A stretch of DNA of 24,532 bases from Archangiaceae bacterium (GCA_043750125.1 JAYVCD010000047.1:1-24532), one strand, 5' to 3'; shown: positions 1 through 11,010, counted from the first letter of the stretch. The notes: generated from the sequence alone by a model not told the origin. A program made the numbers and translations.

Positions 1-343
1 CGCGCTCGCCGGTGCGAATCCGAACGCATTCTTCGAGGGCGGTGACGAAGATCTTCCCATCGCCCACCAGCCCGGCTTCGCCCGAGCGGGCGCCCTTGAG
101 GATCGCCGCGATCGATTTCTCGAGGTAGGCGTCGTTCACCGCAAGGGTGATTCGGCTTTTTTGAACCCGGCGCACCCGCACCAGCTTGCCGCGAAAAATC
201 TCGACCTCGCCTTCCTGGCGGCCGTGCCCTTCGACGGTGTCGACGGTGAGGCGAAAGTTGTCGCCCTCGTCGAGAATTTCCCGCAGCGCCTCTTCGACGG
301 CCTCGAGCCGTTCCGGGCGGATGATGGCGGTGATCATTTTCAT
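1..343 (-). CDS. glnK: P-II family nitrogen regulatory protein (GlnK/GlnB-like), runs off the left window edge
   Basis: Not in the ORF track because its stop lies outside the window. Manual translation from ATG at 343: MKMITAIIRPERLEAVEEALREILDEGDNFRLTVDTVEGHGRQEGEVEIFRGKLVRVRRVQKSRITLAVNDAYLEKSIAAILKGARSGEAGLVGDGKIFVTALEECVRIRTGER. It has the PII hallmarks AIIRP, GxGRQ, GDGKIFV and RIRTGE. It starts 8 bp after the amtB stop, hence the glnK name. Confidence 0.93.
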   Translation of the reverse strand, partial: MKMITAIIRPERLEAVEEALREILDEGDNFRLTVDTVEGHGRQEGEVEIFRGKLVRVRRVQKSRITLAVNDAYLEKSIAAILKGARSGEAGLVGDGKIFVTALEECVRIRTGER

Positions 344-351
344 GAAAGGCC

Positions 352-1596
352 TCAGGTCTGATCGAAGTGGTAGCCGCGTTCGCCGTGAATGATGACGTCC
401 AGCCCGTCGCGCTCGACGCTCTCGGGGACGCGCAGACCCCAGATGGCCTTGAGCACGCTGGCGATGAGGAACGTGCCGACGCCTGAGAAGACGATCGCCA
501 CGCTGACTCCCAGCGCCTGCAGTCCGAGTTGGCCGAAGTTGCCGCTGAGCGCGCCGGCGACGGGGGTGAAGCAAAGGACTCCGGTCATCAGCGCTCCGAA
601 GATGCCTCCGACGCCGTGCACCCCCCACGCGTCGAGGGAATCGTCGTAGCCGAGCTTCGCCTTCAGCTGCACTGCCGCGTAGCAGACGGCCGCCGCCATC
701 GCGCCCAGCAGCAGCGCGCTGGCCGGCTTGATGTGCCCGGCCGCCGGAGTCACCGCGACCAGGCCGGCGATCAACCCCGACGCCAGGCCCAGGCTGGTGA
801 CCTTTCCGTGCCGCCACCGCTCGATCACCATCCACATCAAGCCCGCCGCCGCCGCCGCCGATTGGGTGGTGGTGAAAGCGAGCCCCGCCACCGCGCCCGC
901 CACCGGGTGCTCGGCGCCGACTGCGGAACCGGCGTTGAAGCCGAACCAGCCGAACCAGAGCAGGCCGGCTCCGGTGAGCGTGAGGACCAGGTTGTTGGGC
1001 AGCACGGTGTGGCCGCGGGCCACGTCGCGGCGGGGCCCGAGCATCAGGGCCAACACCAGCGCGGAAACTCCGGCCGAGATGTGGACCACCGTGCCGCCGG
1101 CAAAGTCGAGGACGCCCCGCTTGAACAGCCACCCCTCGGACGCCCACACCCAGTGCGCCAGGGGGCAGTAGACGACGGTGGACCAGACGAGAATGAAGAC
1201 GACGTAGCTGCGAAAGCGCATCCGTTCGGCGACCGCTCCTGAGATCAGTGCCGGAGTGATGATCGCGAACTTCCCCTGAAACATCACGAACACCAACTCG
1301 GGAATGGCCTTGTCTCCGTACAGCCGGGTGTGTGGAATTCCGGACAGCCCGAGCAGGGAAGGATCCCACCCGAGCCAGCCGCCAATCGACGTCCCGAAGG
1401 CGAGCATGTAGCCGAAGCCGACCCACTGCACCCCGATGATTGCCATCGCGACGAAGCTCATCATCATCGTGGTGAGCACGTTCTTGCGGTGCACCATGCC
1501 GCCGTAGAAGAGCGCCAGGCCGGGCACCATCAACAGCACCATCGCCGAGCTGGCCAGCATCCAGGCCGTCGAGCCGGGGTCGATTGCAGGTTCCAT
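352..1596 (-). CDS. amtB: Ammonium transporter (Amt family)
   Basis: Motifs PGLALFYGG, FQxxFAIITPALISGA, DFAGGTVVH (first His), LLWFGWFGFNAGS, GLVAVTPAAG and YDDSLDAWGVHGVGG (second His). Start moved to the ATG of MEPAID at 1596, 5 bp after the metF stop; the upstream ORF extension overlaps metF. Confidence 0.96.
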   Translation of the reverse strand: MEPAIDPGSTAWMLASSAMVLLMVPGLALFYGGMVHRKNVLTTMMMSFVAMAIIGVQWVGFGYMLAFGTSIGGWLGWDPSLLGLSGIPHTRLYGDKAIPELVFVMFQGKFAIITPALISGAVAERMRFRSYVVFILVWSTVVYCPLAHWVWASEGWLFKRGVLDFAGGTVVHISAGVSALVLALMLGPRRDVARGHTVLPNNLVLTLTGAGLLWFGWFGFNAGSAVGAEHPVAGAVAGLAFTTTQSAAAAAGLMWMVIERWRHGKVTSLGLASGLIAGLVAVTPAAGHIKPASALLLGAMAAAVCYAAVQLKAKLGYDDSLDAWGVHGVGGIFGALMTGVLCFTPVAGALSGNFGQLGLQALGVSVAIVFSGVGTFLIASVLKAIWGLRVPESVERDGLDVIIHGERGYHFDQT

Positions 1597-1601
1597 TTGC
1601 T

Positions 1602-2474
1602 TTAACCCCGGGCCCGAAGCGCGCCGACGATCATCCGCGTCGCGGGGCTGCGATTGAGGGTGTAGAAATGAATTCCCGGCACGCCGCGCTGCAGCAGTTC
1701 CATGCACTGCACGGTCGCGTGGGCGACGCCGAGCGCGGTCACTGCGTCGGGCTGGTCTTTGACCGCTTCGAGCTGAAGCTGCAGGCGCATCGGCACGGTG
1801 GCGCCGCACAACCGCACGAACTTGCCCAGCTGGTCGTAGCTGGTGATCGGCATGATTCCCGGGACGATCGGAATGTTGATCCCCGCCCGCCGCGCCCGTT
1901 CGACGAAGTCGAAATAAAAGGCGTTGTCGAAGAACAGCTGGGTGATCAAAAAGTCGAGGCCGGCGTCCACCTTGCGCTTGAGATTCAACAGGTCTTCGTC
2001 GCGCGAGGGGGTCTCGATGTGGCCTTCGGGGTAACAGGCGCTGCCGATGCAGAACGGGTACTCATTTTGGCGAATGAACTCGATCAGCTCGTTGGCGTAA
2101 CGAAACCCTCCGACCGGCGCTTCGAACTTCGTGGCCCCTTTGGGCGCATCGCCGCGCAGCGCCAGCACGTTCTCGATCTTGGCGGCGGCGAGCGAATCGA
2201 GCACCTCTTTGAGCTCCTCGCGGGTGTGCCCGACGCAAGTCAGGTGGGCCATCGCCTCGAGCGCAGTGCGTTCCTTGATGTGGGTCACCAGTTGCAACGT
2301 GCGATCGCGGGTGCTGCCGCCGGCGCCATAGGTGACGGACACGAACCCGGGCTCGAGGGTCTTCAGGTCCTCGAGCGTGGTCCAGAGGTTGGTCTCGCCT
2401 TCGGGAGTCTTGGGGGGGAAGAACTCGAACGAGTAGCAGGGCTTCGAGGGGTTCAAACAATTTCGAATCTTCAC
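1602..2474 (-). CDS. metF: 5,10-methylenetetrahydrofolate reductase
   Basis: Motifs SFEFFPPKT, FVSVTYGAGGSTR, AHLTC, LALRGD, CYPEGH, ITQLFFD, PGIMPI and HFYTLNRS. Start is either GTG at 2474 (VKIRN) or ATG at 2486. Confidence 0.96.
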   Translation of the reverse strand: MKIRNCLNPSKPCYSFEFFPPKTPEGETNLWTTLEDLKTLEPGFVSVTYGAGGSTRDRTLQLVTHIKERTALEAMAHLTCVGHTREELKEVLDSLAAAKIENVLALRGDAPKGATKFEAPVGGFRYANELIEFIRQNEYPFCIGSACYPEGHIETPSRDEDLLNLKRKVDAGLDFLITQLFFDNAFYFDFVERARRAGINIPIVPGIMPITSYDQLGKFVRLCGATVPMRLQLQLEAVKDQPDAVTALGVAHATVQCMELLQRGVPGIHFYTLNRSPATRMIVGALRARG

Positions 2475-2543
2475 GAGGTCGTTCATGCCCGCGTGCGTTG
2501 GTTTGTTCAATCACGAAACCTTTGGGTGGTAAGAGGCCGACCC

Positions 2544-3626
2544 ATGCCGAAGCAGACTCCTCTCAACGCCGCCCATCGCAAGCTTGGCGGCCGGATGGTG
2601 GACTTCGCCGGGTGGGACATGCCGGTGCAGTACGCGGGCGTGATTCCTGAGCACGAAGCGGTGCGCAATGCCGTGGGCCTGTTCGATGTTTCCCACATGG
2701 GCGAGATCGAATTCAAAGGGCCCAACGCGCTGGCCTCGGCGAACGCTTTGATCACCAATGATCTGACCAGGGCGGTCGATGGCCAGGCGCTCTACGCCGG
2801 CCTGCTCAATGATCAGGGGGGCTTCGTCGATGACATCGTGGCCTACAGGTTTTCGCCCGAGCACATCTTCATCTGCGTCAACGCCAGCAACGCCGACAAG
2901 GACTTCGCGTGGATGAAAGAGCGCGCCCGCGGCTGCGTGCCCGTCAACCGGTCCGAGGACTACGCGCAAATCGCCGTTCAGGGCCCGAAGGCGTTTGGGC
3001 TGGTGCAGCGGCTGGCGAGCAAGCCGTTGGAGTCCGTCGCCACCTACCGCTTCACCACCGGACAGGTCGCCGGCATCGACGCGATCATCTCGCGCACCGG
3101 CTACACCGGCGAAGATGGCTTCGAGCTCTACGTCGCCCCGGGTCAGGCCGAAAAGCTCTGGTACGCGCTGCTCGAGGAAGGGAAGGGCGACGGCGCGGTT
3201 CCGACCGGGCTGGGAGCGCGCGACTCGCTGCGCACCGAAATGAAATACGCGCTCTACGGCAATGACATCGACGACGTGCACACCCCGCTCGAAGCGGGCC
3301 TGGGGTGGATCACCAAGCTCGACAAGCCGGACTTCATCGGCAAGTCGGTGTTGGTGAAGCAGAAGGCAGACGGGCTGACCCGCAAGCTGATCGGCTTCGA
3401 GCTGACCGAGCCGGGCATTCCCCGCAGCCACTACCCGATCTTGAAAGACGGGCAGCGGGTGGGGGAAGTCACCAGCGGGACGATGGGCCCCAGCGTGAAG
3501 AAGCCGATCGGCATCGGCTACGTGCCCACCGCGCTCAGCGCCGAAGGCTCCATTTTTCAGGTCGAGATCCGCGGGCGTCCGGTCGCGGCGAAGGTCGTCA
3601 AAACCCCCTTCTACAAAAAAGGCTGA
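2544..3626 (+). CDS. gcvT: Glycine cleavage system aminomethyltransferase T
   Basis: Motifs TPL..H...GGRMVDFAGWDMPVQY, EHEAVR, GLFDVSHMGE, SRTGYTGEDGFE, GLGARDSLRTE and GEVTSG. True start is the ATG at 2544, with AAGAGG upstream at 2531-2536. Confidence 0.97.
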   Translation: MPKQTPLNAAHRKLGGRMVDFAGWDMPVQYAGVIPEHEAVRNAVGLFDVSHMGEIEFKGPNALASANALITNDLTRAVDGQALYAGLLNDQGGFVDDIVAYRFSPEHIFICVNASNADKDFAWMKERARGCVPVNRSEDYAQIAVQGPKAFGLVQRLASKPLESVATYRFTTGQVAGIDAIISRTGYTGEDGFELYVAPGQAEKLWYALLEEGKGDGAVPTGLGARDSLRTEMKYALYGNDIDDVHTPLEAGLGWITKLDKPDFIGKSVLVKQKADGLTRKLIGFELTEPGIPRSHYPILKDGQRVGEVTSGTMGPSVKKPIGIGYVPTALSAEGSIFQVEIRGRPVAAKVVKTPFYKKG

Positions 3627-3633
3627 TCATCCA

Positions 3634-4020
3634 ATGGGCAACAACCCCGGCAACCTCAAGTACACGAAGGACCACGAGTGGGCGAAGAACGTCAGCGGCA
3701 AGGTCGTCGTCGGCGTCACCCACCACGCGCAGGAAGCGCTCGGAGACGTGGTCTACGTCGAGCTTCCCAAGGTCGGAGCGACGGTCACCGCCGGCGCCTC
3801 GTTCGGAGTGATCGAATCGACCAAGGCCGTCAGTGAGCTGTTCGCTCCGATCAGCGGGAAGGTCACCCGGGTGAATTCGGATCTGTCGAAAGAGCCGGCC
3901 GCGGTGAACAAAGATCCCTACGCCGCCTGGATCATCGAGATCGAGCCTTCGAGCCTCGCCGACTACGAAGCGCTGCTCGACGCCCCCGCGTACGAGAAGC
4001 TGCTTTTGACTGCGAAGTAG
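3634..4020 (+). CDS. gcvH: Glycine cleavage system H protein (lipoyl carrier)
   Basis: Motifs LKYTKDHEW, GVTHHAQEALGDVVYVELP, the lipoyl-Lys motif IESTKAVSELFAPISG, and NKDPY. Lies 7 bp after gcvT. Confidence 0.97.
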   Translation: MGNNPGNLKYTKDHEWAKNVSGKVVVGVTHHAQEALGDVVYVELPKVGATVTAGASFGVIESTKAVSELFAPISGKVTRVNSDLSKEPAAVNKDPYAAWIIEIEPSSLADYEALLDAPAYEKLLLTAK

Positions 4021-5016
4021 TCACCAGTTGAAGACGATCGCCACCGGGACTCCCGGGGCGACCGGGCCGAATGCCGCCTGCTGCGAGATGCAGTCGACCG
4101 CGCCTGAGTCGGGGCGGGTGAACGGGTCAGCCCCTGGCGCCGCGGGGGACAGGCGGCCGCAGGCGACCAGGGTGAGCGTGCCTCCGTCGTACATCTGGCG
4201 CTGCAGGCACGTTCCCGCATCTTCGAAGTGGGTTCCGTCCCACGAGAACAGCACCCCTTCGTTGATCTTGATTTTGCGCTCGGTCGGCTCGCGCGCCGGA
4301 GCGCCGCCTCCACAGACGGGCTTGCCGCGGGCGCTGAGCAGTAGCGGGGGCCGCCCGGTTTCCTGAATCGACAGCCAGTAGGGAATGCCCTCGTTGTCCT
4401 CGAAGATGTAGCGCGGGGTGGGGCGCGAGTTGTCGGCGAAGATGTGCGCGAAGACCCGGCTGTCGGCCCGGCGCACCGCGACGAAGACGTTCGAGTTCGT
4501 CGTCTCGAACCGATAGCCGGGCACCCGGGCGCAGCGCACCAGGCGGGCCCCGACGGTCGCGGCCGAGTCTCCGTTGTCGACGCGAACCCGGACCACCACT
4601 CCTTCGAACGAGAAGGTCGCTTCGCCTGCCCGTCGGGCCGTGCCCATCAGCAGCACGGTCGACCAATCGAACCAGGGTGCAGACCCGGTGACTCCCGAGC
4701 CGAGGCCGAGGCCGACCTGAATGCGGGGAATGCCGGCCGGCGGTGGCAGCGGCCCTCGCCCGGTGTAGCTGACCTCGTTGGCATCGCAGCCGGGAGCAAT
4801 CTCGCCGCCTCCTCCTGCGCCGCCGCCCTCGCCGCCTCCAGTTCCCCCCGCGGTCCCTCCTCCTCCGGCGCCGCCGTCCGGGCCGGGGTCAGGCGGACCC
4901 CACGCGCTGTAGGGCAGGGTCCGGCCACACGCAGCGAGCCCGACGATTGCGAAGAAGACGATTGTCCGCAGGCGGGCCAAGAACGCGAACCTCGCCCGGA
5001 TTATCGCCCTCGGCAA
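4021..5016 (-). CDS. Hypothetical lipoprotein with Gly-rich linker
   Basis: Basic N-terminus, hydrophobic stretch and lipobox LAAC, then a PDGG/Gly-rich spacer and a ~250-aa globular region with several Cys. The ORF fills the gcvH-gcvP gap. The TTG start is uncertain. Confidence 0.7.
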   Translation of the reverse strand: MPRAIIRARFAFLARLRTIVFFAIVGLAACGRTLPYSAWGPPDPGPDGGAGGGGTAGGTGGGEGGGAGGGGEIAPGCDANEVSYTGRGPLPPPAGIPRIQVGLGLGSGVTGSAPWFDWSTVLLMGTARRAGEATFSFEGVVVRVRVDNGDSAATVGARLVRCARVPGYRFETTNSNVFVAVRRADSRVFAHIFADNSRPTPRYIFEDNEGIPYWLSIQETGRPPLLLSARGKPVCGGGAPAREPTERKIKINEGVLFSWDGTHFEDAGTCLQRQMYDGGTLTLVACGRLSPAAPGADPFTRPDSGAVDCISQQAAFGPVAPGVPVAIVFNW

Positions 5017-5081
5017 GCCACTCGCACGGGAGCAGTCGCCCGTAGCAGGCCTCTGGACACCGGGTTAGAAGACGCTCCGCC

Positions 5082-7940
<2,859 letters not shown>

Positions 7941-7941
7941 C

Positions 7942-8430
7942 ATGGCGACGAACGAGAAAGACGGGATCAAACCGTCGGTGCTCATCGTCGGGGCCCTGTT
8001 CCTGCTGTTGTTGTTCGCCGGGGCGATGGTGGGCTCGACCTACCTGGACGCCCGGCCGGTCGGGTCCCAGAAGATCACGATGAGCGGGGTCGAGCCAGCG
8101 GCGGCGCCTCCTCCCGCGGCGGAAATTGCCGAGCGGATTCGCACTTTCTTCATGAAGGGCAACGTCGAAGAGTGCATGCATCGGCACCTGGGGAAGGAAT
8201 CGCGGGTCGACGGCCTGCTCGAGATCGAGCTGCTTCCGGACGGCACGATTTCCAACGCCGAAGCGAAGACCGAGCCGCAGAATGGAGGCGTTGCGTTGTG
8301 CATTCAGCAGCGTTTCGCCAAGGGCTTCGTCTTCAGCGCCCCGACTCAGAGGGTCTCGTACACCTTCAACGCCCGCTGGGATGCCGACCGGCTGGTGTTG
8401 GGCCAGAACGTCACTTCGACCCGGAAGTAG
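7942..8430 (+). CDS. Membrane-anchored protein with probable AgmX/PglI-type TonB C-terminal-like domain
   Basis: One N-terminal TM segment and an Ala/Pro linker, then the pattern EC...L......G.L.IEL..DG.I...........VALCI......F.F.AP seen in myxobacterial TonB_C-like domains. Lies 1 bp after gcvP. Confidence 0.65.
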   Translation: MATNEKDGIKPSVLIVGALFLLLLFAGAMVGSTYLDARPVGSQKITMSGVEPAAAPPPAAEIAERIRTFFMKGNVEECMHRHLGKESRVDGLLEIELLPDGTISNAEAKTEPQNGGVALCIQQRFAKGFVFSAPTQRVSYTFNARWDADRLVLGQNVTSTRK

Positions 8431-8432
8431 GG

Positions 8433-9305
8433 TTGAAGCGCATCGTCTGGGCGCTGTCGTTCCTCGCCCTGGGCGCAGCCGGGTTCGCCGGGTTGATCGC
8501 CGTGCGCAGCTGGAAGTTCGGCCTCTCTCAGCTGCACCCGCCCCGGCTTGCGGTGCCCGCCGCTCCGGCGATTGCCGGGTTGAGCACGGTGGAGTTCGAG
8601 GACAAAAACGGGATCGTGCTTCGGGCCTGGTGGGTCAAGTCGAGCAACCGGGCGGCGATCATTTTGCTGCACGGGCACGGCGCCAACCGCGACCAGATGA
8701 CGCCGGAGCTGACGCTGCTCGCCCGCCACGGGTACGGGGTGCTGGCCTTCGACCTTCCGGGGCACGGGACCAGTGGGGGGGACCTCGTCACCTGGGGAGA
8801 CCGCGAGAAGGCGTCGCTGGACGCCGCGATTGGGTTTGCCGCCGCGCAGGCCGACGTAGACCCCCAACGCCTGGGAGCGCTCGGGTTCTCGATGGGGGGA
8901 AGCACGGTGGTCGAGGTTGCCGCTGTCGACCCGCGGCTGAAGGCGATCGCCATCAGTGGGACCTACACCAACCTCACCGACGAGCTGAATTTCGAGGGGC
9001 ACAAGTGGGGCCTACTAAGCCAGGTGCCGATCAAGAAGGCGATGGAGTCGGCCGGGGTCCAGGTCGAGGGGGTTCACCCCGTCGCGGTGATCTGCAAGGT
9101 GGCTCCCCGGCCGGTGCTGTTGATCGAGGGCACCGAAGACCCGAGCACCCCGGTCGCGATGGAACAACGGCTGTTTGATGCCGCCTGCGAGCCCAAGACC
9201 CACTGGCTGGTGCCCGGAGCCCACCATGGGGACTACGCGGCAATCGATGGGGCCGGGTACGAACAGCGGCTGGTCTTTCTGTTCGACGGGGCTCTGCTGA
9301 AATAG
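8433..9305 (+). CDS. Alpha/beta-fold hydrolase with N-terminal signal/anchor
   Basis: Oxyanion motif LLHGHG, FDLPGHG, nucleophile elbow GFSMGG, Asp in GTEDP and His in GAHHG. Likely TTG start at 8433, 2 bp after the upstream stop. Confidence 0.9.
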   Translation: MKRIVWALSFLALGAAGFAGLIAVRSWKFGLSQLHPPRLAVPAAPAIAGLSTVEFEDKNGIVLRAWWVKSSNRAAIILLHGHGANRDQMTPELTLLARHGYGVLAFDLPGHGTSGGDLVTWGDREKASLDAAIGFAAAQADVDPQRLGALGFSMGGSTVVEVAAVDPRLKAIAISGTYTNLTDELNFEGHKWGLLSQVPIKKAMESAGVQVEGVHPVAVICKVAPRPVLLIEGTEDPSTPVAMEQRLFDAACEPKTHWLVPGAHHGDYAAIDGAGYEQRLVFLFDGALLK

Positions 9306-9320
9306 GGTCTGCCCCCGCGA

Positions 9321-10529
9321 ATGTCCGAGCCCCAAAAAACCAAGACGGGGTCGACCCGGTTCGGCAAATACACCCTCATCGATCGCATCGCCGTCGGGGG
9401 GATGGCCGAGATTTTTCTCGCGCGCCAGGCGGGCCTCGAAGGGTTCGAGAAGACGATCGTCATCAAGCGCATTCGTCCGCATCTGTCGAAGCAAGCCAGC
9501 TTCGTAAAGATGTTCCTCAACGAGGCGAAGCTGGCGGCGCAGCTGAACCACCCCAACATCGTGCAGATCTACGACCTCGGAAAAATCGCCGAGTCGTACT
9601 TCATCGCGATGGAATACATCTTCGGTCGCGACATGCGGCGGATCATTCCCAAGGCCGACAGCATGGGGATTCCGTTTCCGATGGTGTACGCGCTGAAGAT
9701 CGCCAGCTCGGTGTGTGAAGGCCTGTACTACGCGCACCAGAAGGTCGACCTCTACGGGAACCCGCTGAACATCGTTCACCGCGACGTGACGCCCGAGAAC
9801 ATCTTCGTCTCGTTCGACGGGACGGTGAAGGTGCTCGACTTTGGAATCGCGAAGGCCGCCAACCAGATCGAGCAGACCCGGGCCGGAGAAATCAAAGGGA
9901 AGCTTTCGTACATGAGCCCCGAGCAGTGCATGGGCAAGCCGCTCGACTGCCGCTCGGACCTCTTCTCGCTGGGAACCGTGCTCTACGAGTGGCTCACCGG
10001 CTTCAAGCTCTTCACCGGCGACAGCGAGGTCGCGATCCTCAAGTCGATCACCGAAGGGAAGATCTACGCCCCCAGCTACTTCAAGGCCGATATCCCCGAG
10101 GCGGTCGAGGCGATCTTGATGCGCGCGCTCGAGAAGGATCGCGACCGGCGTTATCAGACCGCGTGGGACATGCAGTACGACCTGGACCAGTTCTTGAGCC
10201 AGTACGAGTTCACGCCGAGCAACATCCACCTGAGCAACTTCCTCAAGCAGCTCTTCACCGACGAGCTGGAAGAAGAAAAGCTGCGGTTGGCTCAGTCTCC
10301 CCGGCCGGCGCCGCAAGAAGTTCTTCAGGAAGAGCACGACGAAGAGCTCATTTCTTCGGAAGCCATCTCGGGCTCCGGGGACCTTCCGACCGGCGCGAGA
10401 GGAACGCTGCTTCAGGTCCCGTTGGGGGCCAAAGAGCTCGAGTCGCTCAATGGGATCGCCAAACGGAACAACGTCAGCGTCTCGAGCCTGGTCCGAGACA
10501 TCGTCGTCAACTGGCTGAAGTACCGGTAG
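9321..10529 (+). CDS. Cytoplasmic Hanks-type Ser/Thr protein kinase with C-terminal RHH-like segment
   Basis: Gly loop IAVGGMAEIF, IVIK, HPNIVQIYD, HRDVTPEN, DFGIAK, GKLSYMSPEQ and DLFSLG. No TM segment. An acidic linker leads to a ~40-aa beta-alpha-alpha-like tail. Confidence 0.95.
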   Translation: MSEPQKTKTGSTRFGKYTLIDRIAVGGMAEIFLARQAGLEGFEKTIVIKRIRPHLSKQASFVKMFLNEAKLAAQLNHPNIVQIYDLGKIAESYFIAMEYIFGRDMRRIIPKADSMGIPFPMVYALKIASSVCEGLYYAHQKVDLYGNPLNIVHRDVTPENIFVSFDGTVKVLDFGIAKAANQIEQTRAGEIKGKLSYMSPEQCMGKPLDCRSDLFSLGTVLYEWLTGFKLFTGDSEVAILKSITEGKIYAPSYFKADIPEAVEAILMRALEKDRDRRYQTAWDMQYDLDQFLSQYEFTPSNIHLSNFLKQLFTDELEEEKLRLAQSPRPAPQEVLQEEHDEELISSEAISGSGDLPTGARGTLLQVPLGAKELESLNGIAKRNNVSVSSLVRDIVVNWLKYR

Positions 10530-10535
10530 CCGGCG

Positions 10536-10949
10536 CTACGCCCTGCCGGGCTTTTGACGCCACTGCCGCTTCGTCGGGCGCGCCAGGCCCGCCTTCCCGT
10601 GCCATCGAAGGTCGCTGACTGCGCCCACGCCCTGGTTTCCCCGGACCTGAAGCGCTGCGCTGTCGGGAACCGGCACACACTCCAGCGTCACAAACCATTC
10701 GTCGCCGTCGGCCGGGCGCATCGTCAAGACGCTCAGCAGCCCCGGAGTCGAGACCTTCACCGCGCAGTCCAGCCGCGAGGGCAACGGGGGCGGCCCATAG
10801 GACAGCCGCAGCGGAGGCAGGCAGAAGTTCACGTAGAGGCGGGGGTCATCGACTTCGACCGGGGCGGTTTCCTCGTGGACCAGAAACATCAGGGACGCGA
10901 CGAAGGTCAGTCCGCTCGAAGCCAGCAACAGCATCACTTCCGGAGGCAT
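10536..10949 (-). CDS. Hypothetical protein
   Basis: ORF fills the kinase-truA gap and has a hydrophobic N-terminus from ATG 10949 or 10934. No recognisable motif. Confidence 0.4.
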   Translation of the reverse strand: MPPEVMLLLASSGLTFVASLMFLVHEETAPVEVDDPRLYVNFCLPPLRLSYGPPPLPSRLDCAVKVSTPGLLSVLTMRPADGDEWFVTLECVPVPDSAALQVRGNQGVGAVSDLRWHGKAGLARPTKRQWRQKPGRA

Positions 10950-11010
10950 GGTCGGCCATGACAGCCGGGATTTCGAGAAAGTTCCAGTCGCTGATACACG
11001 CAGGAACCCC

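Noticed and set aside
1597..1809. 71-aa Arg-rich N-terminal extension of AmtB
   Set aside because: It is an alternate frame within the metF 3' end. The ATG at 1596 gives a normal Amt N-terminus.
1584..2543. 680-aa ORF suggesting a long N-terminal extension or fusion on GcvT
   Set aside because: The first 320 aa are the stop-free antisense frame of metF, which happens to be in frame with gcvT. GcvT homology begins at the ATG at 2544.
4800..4890. CCG/CCT-rich low-complexity tract
   Set aside because: It encodes the Gly-rich linker of the lipoprotein and is not a separate element.
8172..8432. Upstream extension of the alpha/beta hydrolase ORF
   Set aside because: It overlaps the 7942-8430 gene in another frame. 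The signal-like sequence begins at the TTG at 8433.
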